Source: Chiloscyllium plagiosum
Taxonomy: Eukaryota
Assembly: GCF_004010195.1 (NCBI RefSeq)
Contig: NC_057746.1
Location: 16,812,820 to 16,876,819, forward strand
DNA: 64,000 bases
Reading direction: 5' to 3'
The notes under the pieces are model-generated. The model was not told the origin of the DNA and made no database searches. It saw only the letters and a program-made list of their open reading frames with translations. Both the position numbers and the translations under genes were made by a program. Below, piece after piece: positions 24,995 to 37,100 of this stretch (its first letter is position 1; each line of letters starts with the position of its first letter).

Positions 24995-25225
24995 GTGAGG
25001 GGCAGTTTTTTTACACAGAGAGTGGTAGGTGTCTGGAATGCACTAACATGGGTGATGGTGGAAGCAGATATAATAGGGGCATTTAAGAGACTTTTAGGTA
25101 ACCATGTAAATATGCAAGAATATCAACCAATGGCAGGCAGAAGAAATTAGTTTAATTTGGCATTGGGTTTGGTCCAACATTGTGGGCCGAAGGACCCGTT
25201 CCTGTACTGTATACTTCTATGTTCC
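24995..25225 (+). mobile_element. CR1 3'-terminal fragment
   Basis: ttttttacacagagagtggtaggtgtctggaatgcact...gggccgaaggacccgttcctgtactgta..ttctatgttc tail. Confidence 0.75.
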
Positions 25226-25654
25226 ATCTTGTTGCCTTCTGTCCAACATGGAAGGAACTTTTCAAATTCATGAATCTAATGGCTTGGCCTCTGACCTTCA
25301 GGTGAGCTGAAAGAGCACACACAGAAATGTTGGTAGAAAAGGCCAGTAAGGAGATGATGGAGTTTGGAAACATGCAGAGGTATATATTTTGGCAGAAAGC
25401 ACGAGGGAAAAAATAAATGATGTCTAAACCCCATGCAGGAGTAGACATTGGGATCGGAAACATCATTGCAGGTTGGGGAGTGAGGGCAAGTTCAGAGAGT
25501 GCTTAAAGTGGCAGATGGGATCCTGGGCTTTACAAACACAGATGTTGAGTGTTAGAAGAAGTCAACCTAAGTGTTCAATTGGAGGTTTGTAATTGGTGTT
25601 TAGGGATTCATGTCCTGATGTTTTTTTTTCTCTCACTCTCTGTCTCTCTTTCAG

Positions 25655-25915
25655 ACATTCACTCTCTCCGGTATGTTATCACTGGTTTGACTCCGATAAC
25701 CGGTTTCCCAGAGTTTTTGATTGTTGGTTATGTTGATGGCATCCAGTTTGTTATGTACAACAGCGATCAGAAGAAGTTGATCCCCTGGGAACAGTGGATG
25801 GTGGAGAGTGAGGGACCTGAGGCCTGGAAGCGGAAACTATTCCTTGCTCGGGAGCAGGAGCTGTCCTTCAAAAATGATATTCATAACTTAAAAGTAAAGA
25901 CCAACCAAACAGACG
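25655..25915 (+). CDS. MHC class I copy B alpha1 exon
   Basis: (D)IHSLRYVITG...GFPEFLIVGYVDGIQFVMYNSD...EQWM..EGPEAW...TNQT; 261 nt, phase 1-1. Confidence 0.9.
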
Positions 25916-26125
25916 GTGAGTTTTCCCTCTCCACCTGCTCAACATCTTCCTGTGTGATCAGGAAATGTCAGTGGAAATCTGAAGAAACCAGGAGTGGATC
26001 AGGATCTGTCACCAGCCCTGATTAGCTCTGGTTGGTGACCTCCCACTGACACTTTATGGTACCTTATGCTTCTGATTGACAAGGATGATCGTTTCTGACT
26101 GGCAGCTTGTGTTTCTGATTGACAG

Positions 26126-26399
26126 GAGTCCACACACACCAGATGATGACTGGCTGTGACCTGAGGGATGATGGGACTGCGAGTGGGTTCAACCAATATG
26201 GGATGGGATGGACGAGATTATATCAGCTTCGATAAGGATCTTATGGTGTGGGTGACTCCGGTACCCTGGGCAGAAAGCATCAAAAACAGTTGGGATCAGG
26301 ATGTAGTGGACAAGCAGCGGTGGAAGCATTACCTGGAAGTGGAGTGTATTGAATGGCTGAGGAAATACCTAGAGTATGGACAGAGAGAACTGACAACGG
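26126..26399 (+). CDS. MHC class I copy B alpha2 exon (frameshifted)
   Basis: GVHTHQMMTGCDL...NQY, frameshift, then GWDGRDYISFDK...W...YLEVECIEWLRKYLEYG. Confidence 0.85.
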
Positions 26400-26529
26400 G
26401 TGAGTGTGGAGGAAGCCTATGCAGTGGGGGTTGGTGTGTGAGAAGGGAGTGAGAATTGGTGGAAGGAGTGGTGCCTGGGACTTTGTACATTGTGGTTCCT
26501 GCACTGATTCCTCTTCCCTTTTCTCGCAG

Positions 26530-26793
26530 TTGCTCCCATCGTGTCCTTTATCCGTCTGGGTGATTCCAACCGGCTGTCCTGTCTCGTCACTGGGTTTTAC
26601 CCACAAGCCATCGAGGTGATTCTGCGGAGGGATGGAGTGTTGATCGATGAGACCCTGTCCACTGGGATCTTACCTAATCACAACAGGACCTACCAGATCC
26701 GGAAATGGGTGGAGTTTGATCCAGAAGATCACGTCGAGTATTCTTGTCAGGTAGAGCACAGCGGGCTGGAAGAAACGCTGGTGGTGATTTATG
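26530..26793 (+). CDS. MHC class I copy B alpha3 exon (C1-set Ig)
   Basis: LSCLVTGFYP...ILPN..TYQIRKW...YSCQVEHSGL; 264 nt. Confidence 0.9.
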
Positions 26794-27209
26794 GTAAGAC
26801 TATTTCTCACTGTCAGAGAGAAATCAGACTCAGACCAGGATCTTAGAAGAGAGGGTGAGTGCTGAGCGTTTTCACCAGAACAGCCCAGGTTAGAAACAGG
26901 AACAATATATAGAAAGGGGCTCACATCATTTATAGGAAACAGTAATCAAGGCAGTTGCTCCTGGGAAGTACGATATAACATATATCAGTGTATCATGGTA
27001 TATTAGAGTTCAAAAGCATTGGGTATATGCTGAGATATAACAGAATGACAAGATCTGATGTGCTGCAGTTAAGTGTCACTCACTGTATCTGGTGATACAC
27101 AGTGTCATGGCACCCAATGTATCCTGAAACAAAATGCCCATTCAAATACCTGGCATATCCAGGAATATTACCGTATTAAAGTATACGGTACATTGTAAGT
27201 CACTTTTGA

Positions 27210-27525
27210 GTGACACAGTCACAAAGTGGTTAGCACCACTGACTCACGGTGCCAAGAACCCGTGTTTGATTCCACCCTCGGGTGACTGTTTGTGGAGCTC
27301 AGAAACCCATGTCTGCATGGGTTTCTGCATGGTGCTCCACTTTCCTCACACAGTCCAATGATGTGCAAATTAGATGGATTGACCATGCTAAATTGCCATC
27401 TCGTGTCCACAAATATGCAAGCTAGTTGGATTATCCATGGTTAATATGGGGTTGCGGCACTATGGGGTTAGGATAGGATAGGATGCACTTCAGAGGATCA
27501 GTGTAGACGTGATGGGCCAAGATGA
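27210..27525 (+). mobile_element. Old HE1-like SINE in intron 4 of copy B; paralogous copy at 59563-59900 in copy D
   Basis: SINE head agtggttagcac...gggtgactgtttgtggag; same flanking context in both paralogs. Confidence 0.75.
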
Positions 27526-28104
27526 TTATGATGTGACAGAACCTGTTGTATCCTCTCTTCGCCACAATCATCAAAGCTCCTTGGACAGACCCTTCCAAAC
27601 CTGTAACCACTTCCACCTAGAAGAGAGAAGGGATTCCCTGTAAATTCTCTTCCAAGCTGTTCACCATCCTGCCTTGCAAATATATCGTCATTCATTCAGT
27701 GTCGCTGGGTCAAAAAAACTCCCTTTGCGAGAAAGTTATAGGTCGACCTGCAGTAGTTCCAGAAGGTAGATCACCACCACCTTCTCAGTGGCAACTGGGC
27801 ATGAGCAATAAATGCTGACCCAGCCAGTAATGCCCACACCACATGAATGAATTATAAAAAAAAGAAAAATATCCTAAGATATTTTGTTAGAGACAGTGCA
27901 GTGAATCCTGGGATATTCATGTCCAACAGGACCCCATGTATCCTGACATATTACTGTATGGCTACGTCCAATGTATCATGGAATGATAGCCCAGTCTATT
28001 TAATATTGTTTCAAAATGTTTTTCTTTTTCTGATTTCAATGTGCAATAAGGAATATTCAGGATAGATTTTGAGAGGGATTATCTTGGTTGACCAACTTCA
28101 TTGA

Positions 28105-28308
28105 AGGAGGGGGTGATTCTCCACTACCATCCCCCCAACCTCACCACCCTTTCGCATTTATCTCTTAGCCACGCCTCCCCTCCCCTGCCCCCGTCCCAGC
28201 CCTGGACCACAAGCCTCATTCCTAATGAAGGGCTTATGCCCGCAACTTGGATTCTTCTGATCCTCGGATGCTGCCAGACCTGCTGTGCTCTTTCCAGCAC
28301 CACACTCT
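28105..28308 (+). mobile_element. Penelope-like 3' end insert (mutated hammerhead core)
   Basis: 12-bp TSD caacttcattga (28093-28104 / 28309-28320); empty paralogous site at about 60620-60640. Confidence 0.75.
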
Positions 28309-28364
28309 CAACTTCATTGAGTACATAATGAAGTACCAGAGCTCACTGTGGCAGTATTGTAGAT

Positions 28365-28635
28365 ATAGAACATAAGAACTAAGAGCAGGAGTAGGCCATC
28401 TGGCTCTGCTGCGCCATTCGATATGATCATTGCTGATTTTTCTGTGGCCTCAGCTCCACTTACCCACCCTCTCAACATAACCCTTCAATCCTTTACTGTT
28501 CAAAATATTATCTATTTTAGCTTTAAAAGTTTTACTGAGGAAGCTGAACTACCAGGGAATTCCATAGATTCACAACCCTTTAGGTAAAGAAGTTCTTCTT
28601 CAATTCAATCCTAAATCTGATCACCCTAATTTTGA
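28365..28635 (-). mobile_element. CR1 3'-terminal fragment
   Basis: Starts with the agaacataagaactaagagcaggagtaggccat tail (reverse orientation). Confidence 0.7.
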
Positions 28636-29349
28636 TATAATTTATCTTTAATAGAATGTAATATATTCAGGAATTGTGCTCTGTTTGCCAAAATCACTGA
28701 CTGATTAGACTACTCCACTGCAGCACACTTAACCAGACAGTTTGATGTCTGTGCCTCCTTTGAGATTTTTCCATCAGCCATTATTAATATATCTTAATTT
28801 AATTTATCCAGGTCATGAAGGAATTATGAAGTTTAGAGAATGTGGAGAGAGGGGAAATATAGTAAAATTGATTTGTTAGGTTGCTTCAAGTTAAGAAGCA
28901 GAATAGGGAATAAAGGATAGCTGGATGTCAAAATGCAGGAATTAATGTCTAGAAGGACTCGTGATAGACACACTGCTGGTCACAAATTACAAGAATGATG
29001 TGGACTTTCGAATCATGAAATGCCATGATGGTTATGGTGCAGAGGAGGTTCTTTAGCCCACTGTGTCTTCACTGGCTCTCTGAAAGAACACTAATAACTC
29101 ACTGTCATTCTACTGACTTTTCCCAATCAGCTTGAATATTTTTTCTTTGGAAATGGAGTTTAGAATTAAACTTCCTTTTTTATTGTAAACAGCAACACCA
29201 GGCAGTGTCAAGAAGTCAAGACAGGAAGTTTCAGATATTCTAAGACAGCCCTTGGGTAGAGGAGACAGGAGATTGAAAAATCTCAGAGGAGGCACATACA
29301 CTAGACAGTCTGGTCAAGTGTGCATAGTGAAATAATCTAATCAGTCAGT

Positions 29350-29528
29350 GAGGAGAAAGTGAGGACTGCAGATGCTGGAGATCAGAGCTGAAAAATGTGT
29401 TGCTGGAAAAGCGCAGCAGGTCAGGCAGCATCCAAGGAGCGGGAGAATCGACGTTTCGGGCATGAGACCTTCTTCAGGAATCTGGCACAGACATCATTCC
29501 TGAAGAAGGGCTTATGCCCGAAACGTTG
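29350..29528. mobile_element. Penelope-like insert with two divergently oriented hammerhead cores
   Basis: Minus-strand core at about 29449-29481 and plus-strand CTGAAGA-a-GGGCttatGCCC-GAAACGTT at 29500-29527; empty paralogous site at about 61221-61250. Confidence 0.75.
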
Positions 29529-30368
29529 ATTCTGGTGAGCAAAACACAATTCCTAAATATGCAGATGACACCAAAATGGGAGCTGGACAAAGCTCAGAAT
29601 AACTGCAACAAGGTTACCAGAAAATATTAATAAATATTAAAATGAACTAGTTCCTTGCAAATAAACTGGAGGAACAAAGGGATCTTGAAGTGCAAACACA
29701 CTAATTACTAAATGCTTTTGCACAGTTTAGCAAGGCCACAGATCAAAACAAGCGGTTAACTTGTCTATTAGGGAGAGAATTAAAGATTTGGTATGTGACG
29801 CTAAATCTCTTGAAATGTGATGAGACCTCAGTTAAGGTCATGATGTGATACAGTGCTTATTGTGGCACTGGAAAGGATGCAAAGGGGATTTACAATGACA
29901 ATATCAAAAATGAGTATGTATCAGGAAAGCATCATCAGGTTGAGTCTCTTCTCTCTTCAGCAATGGAGCCTGAGGGGTAAACTTCTAGAGACCCAGGTAA
30001 ATATGCAATATTTTGAAAGAGTGAAAAGAAACAGGATGATTTGTCTAGTATGGAAGATCATAACTAGAAGCCATCAGTATGAAACAGTCACTGGAGAATC
30101 GAATAGTAAATTTCAAAGAAACTTATTTGGATGAAGAGCGATGAATATGTAACTCACAGGCCACAGGCCATGGTAGATGTGTTTTTAGAGGACAGTCACA
30201 GGAAATAGTTGGCGACAATGAGAGATTTTTAGATAAGAAAGGCTGGGAGGAGTTTTAAATGGAGAATAAACACAAATACAATCTGCTTTCAACTGTGCTC
30301 TCTCTCTCTCTCTTACTCTCCCGCTATCTGGCTCACGCTCTATCTCATTCTCTCGATCTCTCTGACAG

Positions 30369-30473
30369 TCCCAAAGTCTCACTTCCAGGTTCTTGCTACT
30401 GCCGGGATTGTATTCGGAGTCCTCGGGATCATCTCTCTCACTGTTGTGGCTGTCGTCTTTCACAAGAAGAAAG
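30369..30473 (+). CDS. MHC class I copy B transmembrane exon
   Basis: (V)PKSHFQVLATAGIVFGVLGIISLTVVAVVFHKKK; ag|...|gtagg; 105 nt. Confidence 0.88.
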
Positions 30474-30631
30474 GTAGGAGTTTGTGAGAAAATGGCAGCT
30501 CCTCACTAGCGGTTCAGGGAGTTGGAGAATCTGAGGAGCGGTTCCCATGGTGGGGTTCAGGGCCCAGGATGTATGGAGGTTCTGCGGGTGAGGGAGTAAT
30601 CTTCATCTTTGGGATTCGGTCTCAGGGTTAG

Positions 30632-31290
30632 TGTGGGATATAGGTAAAGTAGTGTTATTTCTGCTATCATAATTATTATGCAAGGTAAATGAACTCACAC
30701 CAGTGTATAATTGTTTCAACCAAGAGCTAAGTCAACAAGAATGAAAACTATGTGAAGGAAATATATAATTGTTTTTGTATTAGCTAAGATGTGCATACAA
30801 GAATGAAACGTGCCTGCTAACAATGGTAGATGTTACAGACAAATAGATAAGGTGGTGTGAGGATGTAGGTTAAGCCAGATACAAACAGTAGTTATAAGCA
30901 TCTGTTTCCCACTTCTGCAAAAACAAAAAACAAACCCCAATTAAAAGGTCATAAGGTTGAATATGGTTGAGGAATGGGAGGAAATGTCACAAGTAGGGGA
31001 AATAGATGGTAGTGAAGGAGGATATACCTAACAATGGACCACAGCAGGATATGGTGAAATGGCCAAGTAAAACTTGTACTTTGTTATGCACAAAGCCGGA
31101 TAAGGCAGGAGATAAACAGTAGTAATGGGCACCGGGTTTGGAGTAGTGAATCCTATATAAGATATGTACTTGCTAAACTCTGCGTGTCTATTTTAGGCAC
31201 CACACTTGCAAGCATATAATAAACATACTGATTGCTTCAGTTCTTGTCTCGGACTGAAATTATTGAAGTGAATGAACTTCATTTCTCACA
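30632..31290 (+). mobile_element. Solo LTR (659 bp) in the TM-cytoplasmic intron of copy B
   Basis: TGTGGGA...TCTCACA termini; 5-bp TSD gttag (30627-30631 / 31291-31295); TATATAA 31154-31160; AATAAA 31218-31223; absent at the paralogous sites in copies A (about 8555) and D (about 62175). Confidence 0.85.
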
Positions 31291-32202
31291 GTTAGCAACG
31301 GCTCAGGCTGTGGGAGAAGGCCTCAGTTTGTGCAGGAGGGTCTGAGGTGGTGCCTATTCCTCAGGGTAGGATGAAGGGTCTCCGGGTTCAGGTTCTGATG
31401 TTTTGAGTGCAAAGTCAGACAGTTCAGACAGGGGCTGGATCTCAGTTCAGCGTTGGGCATCAGCAGCTCAGGGCAACTTGAGAATGATGGGCCAAGTCTG
31501 TATGGGAGTGGGGGTCTTGAAATGTGTGGGAGTGAGGATTGCGGATCATTGTCAGAAGTGTGGGCCTCAAGTGGGTTCATGTCAATCTCTCCCTTTCTTT
31601 TGTTGTTCCCACCTCAACTCTGACTCAGTTTCTTGTCAATCACTGAAAACATTCCTTGTTTTACAGGGAATGAAGAATGACTAGAGTCCCACAAACTGTA
31701 AGCTGATAATTCAGACATCTCTGGATCTCTGTAGTACTGTGACTCTGAGTCTTCTTTCCGGGTCGGATACATGCAATAGTTTGTTTCTCTCCTCTTTTAT
31801 GTCTCTCCCTGTCTCTGATGTTCTCATTGAATTTCTCCTTTCTCCTCTGTTATCTGTTGTCTCTAATGTTTACATGTGTTTTTCCATCTTTGTCTCTTTT
31901 TCTCTCCCTGTCCGTCTCTTTCTCTAGCTTTGTGCTCCCTCGCTCTCTCTTTCCACTTGAACAGTTTAAATGCTTCTCTTTCCATTAACAGCTTCTGATG
32001 GAAAAATGTCCTCAGCCAGGTCTGCTGGAATCTGATTTCTGAATACTATTGACCATTAGTGGGAACAGATCATTCAAGCTGGAATACTGGAACTGGTGTT
32101 AACTGTACAAATCTGAAGGGTGGACTGTGAGCTCAGTGCCTCTGTGTGAGTTCATTGGATATCGGCTCACACTGTTCAACACTAAGCTTTCGGACTGACC
32201 TT

Positions 32203-32648
32203 AATGGTGGAAGAATCACTCAATATTCTGTTTAAAAAAAAAAATTACAAGGAGATGCAGAAAATCCTTCACAAAATTAAACTTTAATCTTGCAACATCA
32301 AAGCTGCGAGAGCCAGAAAACGTCTTCCCTGCCTGCCCATGAGACCTTTGTTTCTCTACAGTTTATACAGTCTTAGGTCCCCTCGCTTATCTGATAGTAT
32401 TAGCATACCCAATCATACTGGCTTGCTTTGTCTTCCTAACCTAATCATCTTCTGCCTCATAGGTTAAGTGTAATGTAGTGAACCAATCATATTACATCAC
32501 CATCCTCTTCTGTAATAGCTCATCCATCAGCGACTTAACTAGCTTATCACAGTGCAACAGCATTATCTTTTATTGGAGCTCTGTAATATGATCCTGTGCA
32601 TGCATTACAATACTAAATTAGCTACATAACTGCCAAATTAACTTCCAT
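32203..32648. mobile_element. ~446-bp insertion in the copy B 3' UTR, possibly an antisense solo LTR
   Basis: 5-bp TSD acctt (32198-32202 / 32649-32653); near-terminal tggaag...cttcca inverted motif; absent in paralogs A (about 9345) and D (about 63135). Confidence 0.55.
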
Positions 32649-33164
32649 ACCTTCAGGGGATGGCTGCCTCTGTACGGGTCTGAATCTTGAGATACCTTCA
32701 AGCATTGAGATTTGAGCTATAGAAACATCCAGAAACATCTCATCCTGGCTGTGGCCTCTTGTCCTCAAGGGAGTTGAAATTCCAAGAGTTCTCACTGATA
32801 TTGGATTTTAGCGTTGCTCTCCTGGGTTTCTGATTTACTGGGTATATGTGAAATGCTGTGTAGTGAGTGCGGTCTGATTCTGACAGAGAACTCCAAGCAG
32901 TTCAGAAGACCAGATTGTGAGTGGATTTATCACCTTGGAGGGAATGCAGTGTAGACAGACTTAAATGAAACCTGGACTTTGAAAGTCAAATTATGAGGAG
33001 AGATTAAATAAACTAAAACTGTCTTCTGTGAAATGTAAAAGTTTAAGGACTGATATGATGGGGAATTGCAATATATTAAGAGAAATGGATATGGTAAGTG
33101 GATAGAAACTTTTCCACTAGTTGAGAGTCTCGGACTAATCTGTGTAATTAAAGCCAGGCCAATT

Positions 33165-33530
33165 GAGACCCACAGTTGTACAGTATGGAAACAGACCCTT
33201 TGAACTAACTCGTCCATGTTGACCAGATATCCTAACCTAATCTAGTCCCATTTGCCAGCAATTGGCCCATATCCCTCTAAACCCTTCCTATTCATGTACC
33301 TATCCAGATGCTCTAATTTTAAATGTTGTAATAGTACCAGCCACCACCACTTCACAACATTCTTCCTAAGAGGAAGACCATAATTGTATACAATTTTCCA
33401 AAAGTGGCCTAATCAATGCCCTGTACAGCTGTAGTACAACCTCCCAACTCCTATACTCAATGATCTGACAAATAAAGGATAGCAAACTAAAAGTCTTTTT
33501 CACTATCCTATCTACCTGCGACTCCACTTT
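33165..33530 (-). mobile_element. CR1 3' fragment with internal deletion
   Basis: Reverse complement of the CR1 3' UTR seen at 17450-17680. Confidence 0.75.
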
Positions 33531-34137
33531 ATCCAGTTAAATTAATTTTTATTCAAAATTCCAATGAAGGGATTGTCTAGGATTTGAACAGATGAAAATT
33601 GAGGAATAATGTTTTATTGTAGATGGATATTTGTTTGTTTCTTTACAAATAAAGATCTGTTCCAGTAATTTTGTCTTCCCTGTCAATTCAACAACAAATT
33701 AATTTATTTTATTTCCTGTCTTTGTCTTCAGTCCTTAGTTCAAGGCTAATCATATTGTGGGGAACATGTTGAGTGTCTTAAGGGTGAAAGGATTAAGATG
33801 ATTTAATATGAATAAATCAGCAGCTAGCATGGATTTCAAAAGGGATAACACTGCTTGCCAAAGAGTGAACAGATAAGTTGACGAGGAAATATGGTAGAAA
33901 TTGAGCACTTAGATGTTAGGAAAACCTTTTGTCAAGTCAACATATAGATGATTATTGATAAGATAAGTTTAAAATTTGCATCTCTATTCAAACGAAAAAG
34001 CCTTAACTGGAGGACGATATCCTGTAGCATTTCAGCCCCTCATTCCAGATTAGGACATGGAATGCAGAGCGTTAATGAAAAGTGACCTTCATGAGCCTTT
34101 CCAGTTCCACCTCCTTAAGTATTTCCAATCTATCTCA

Positions 34138-37100
34138 AGACCATAAGACATAGGAGTGGAAGTAAGATCATTCGGCTCATTGAGTCCACTCTGCCATTCA
34201 ATCATGGCAGATGGGCAGTTCACTGCCACTAACCCACACTCTCCCCATATCCTTAAATTCTTGATCTCACAAAAGATTATCAATCTCTGCCTTGAAGACA
34301 TTTAACGTCTCGGCCTCCACTGCACTCCGTGGAAATGAATTCCACAGGCCCACCATTCTTTGGCTGAAGAAATGTCTCCTCATTTCCATTTTAAATTGAC
34401 CCCCTCTAATCCTAAGGCTATGCCCAAGAGTCCTAGCATCCCTGCCTGACGGAAACAAATTCCCACCATCCACCATGCATTATCTTGTCAGTTTCTATTA
34501 GATCTCCCCTCAACCTTCAAAACTCTCATGAATACAATCCCAGGATCCTCAGCCATTCATCGTATGTTAAGCCTACCATTCCAGGGATCATACATGTGAA
34601 TCTCTGATGGACATGCTCCAGTGCCAGGATGTCCTTCCTGAGGTGTGGGACCCAAAACTGGACACAGTATTCTAAATGGGGCCTAACCAGAGCTTTACAT
34701 AGTCTCAGTAGCACATTGCTGCTTTTACATTTCAACCCTCTTGAGATAAATGACAACATTAAATTTGCTTTCTTAACCACAGACTCAACCTTTAGATTAG
34801 ATTCCCTACAGTATGAAAACAGGCCCTTCAGCCCAACCAGTCCACACTGACCCTCTGAAGAGTAAGCCACCCAGACCCATTTCCCTCTGACTAATGCACC
34901 TAACACTAAGGCAATTTGGCATGGCCAATTCACCTGACCTGCATGTTTTTGGACTGTGAGAAGAAACCAGTGCACCCGGAGGAAACTCACGCAGACACGG
35001 GGAGAATCTGCAAACTCCACACAGACCATGGCCGGAATCAAACCTGTGACCCTGGTGCTGTGAGGCAGCAGTGCTAACCACTGAGCCACCATGCCACCCC
35101 TTTAGAGAATCCTGGACTAGCACTCCCAGATCCCTTTGTACTTTGGCTTTAGGAATTTTCTCACCGTTTAGAAAATAGTTCCTGTATTCTTTTTTCCAAA
35201 GTGCAAGACCTCTAAGTTGCTCACATTGAATTTAATCAGCCATTTCTTGGACCACTCTCTTAAACTGTCTAAATCTTTCTGCAGCCTCCCCACCTCCTCA
35301 GAACTACCTCCCTTCCGCCTAACTTCATATCATCAGCAAACTTCGCCAGAATGCCCCCAAATTTTCCAATCATTTGGGACTTTTTCTGACTCCAGTGATT
35401 TTTGAAAGATTACAACCAATGCCTCCACTATTTCTTCAGCCACTCCCTCAGAACTCTAGGATGTAGCTCATCGGGGCCAGGAGCTTTATCAATTTTTAGA
35501 ACTTTTAGATTTTCTAGCACTTTCTCTTTTGTAATGGCTACCATACTCAACTCTGCTGCTTGACTCTCCTTAATTGTTGGGATATTACTCATGTCTTCCA
35601 CTGTGAAGACTGATACAAAGTATTTATTAAGTTCTATCTCCAATCACAAGCCTTCCTGTGTCAATTTGGAGCAGCCCAATTTCTACTTTTGCCCTCTTGT
35701 TTGTTTCTTATGTATTGAAAGAAACTTTTACTATCATTTCTAATATTACTGGCTACCTTACCTTCACATTTGATCCTCTTCTTCCTTATTTCTCACTTTG
35801 TTATCCTCTGTTTGTTTTTGTAGTCTTCCTAATCTTCTGATTTCTCAGTGCTCTTAGTAACTTTATAGGCTCTCTCTTTTTCAATGATACATTTCCTGAC
35901 TTCCATGGCTGTCTGATTCCCCCACCCCAGATAATTTTTCTTTTCTTTGGGATGGAACTCTGTACTGTGTCCTCAATTACACCCAGAAACTCCTGCCATT
36001 GTTGCTCTACTGTCTTCCCCACTAGGCTCTGCTTCCAGTTGATTTTCATCAGTTCCTCTCTCATGCCCTGGTAATTACCTTTATTTAACTGTAACACCAT
36101 TACATCCGAGTTTGCCTGCTCTCTTTCAAACTGCAGAGTGAACACTACCATATTATGATCACTGCTTCCTCAATGTTCCCTTACTTTAAGATCTTTTATA
36201 AAGTCTAACTCATTACATAGCACTAAGTCCAGAATAGCCTGCTCCCTTATGGGCTCCATCACAAACTGTTCCAAAAAGCCGTCCTGTAAGCTTTCCACGA
36301 ATTCCCTTCTTTTGGATCGACCGGCAACATTATTCACCCAGTCAATTTGCATACCATGATCACCGTGACCTTGCCTTTCTGACATGCCCTATCTATTTCC
36401 TGGTCCATCTTGCGCTCCTGGTCCTGACCACTGCTGGGAGGACTGTGCATAACTCCCATTTTTTATTGCCTTTGTGGTTCTCCACTCCACCTACACAGAC
36501 TCCACATCATCTGACCCTATGTCATTCAGTGCCATAAATTTAATTTCATTGTTAACTAACAAGGCAACCCCTCCCCCTATGCCCACCTCCCTGTCTTTTC
36601 GATAAGTTGTAAATCCTTGGATGTTTAACTGCCAGTGCTGAACCTGCTGCACCACGTCTCTGTGATGCCTACCACCTCATAATCATTCATGATGATTTGT
36701 GCTGTTAATTCATCTACTTTGTTACGAATACTATGAGCATTCAGGTAAAGCACCTTAATGCTAATTGTCTTATCTTTATGATTTCCATCACCTCTAGTAA
36801 TATATCCTAAGTTATCCTTCCTTTTTGCATCATTCCTAGTCTGCCTCGAAATTAAAACCTGCACACATGCTAACCTGCTGCTTATCTTTCTACTTGACTC
36901 CATACTCCCTGTTGCTTTCCTTTTCCCTTTTTCCCCAACTCACAAGTTTGAAGTCCTAGTGACCACCAAATTTATCGTTTTCACCAGAACACTGGTTCCA
37001 GATCGGTTCAGGTGGAGACTGTCCCATCGATACAAGTCTCCCCGGTTCCAAAACTGATGCCAATGTCCCATAAAATGGAATCCCTCTTTCCCACACCAGT

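Larger units (their letters stand above)
22185..32035 (+). pseudogene. Non-classical MHC class I heavy chain, copy B; complete 7-exon structure but frameshifted (probable pseudogene or assembly error)
   Basis: Leader 22185-22233 (MIGLIVLGLLWGEVSS); alpha1 25655-25915; alpha2 26126-26399 (274 nt versus 273 in copy D, extra G at 26200-26202, TAA at 26233-26235); alpha3 26530-26793; TM 30369-30473; cytoplasmic 31667-31697 (2 nt short, Tyr TAC>TAG); last exon 31992-32035. All junctions are GT-AG. Confidence 0.85.

Noticed and set aside
25789-25839. Gene conversion as the cause of B/D alpha1 identity
   Set aside because: Four synonymous differences in the tract favour purifying selection over recent conversion.
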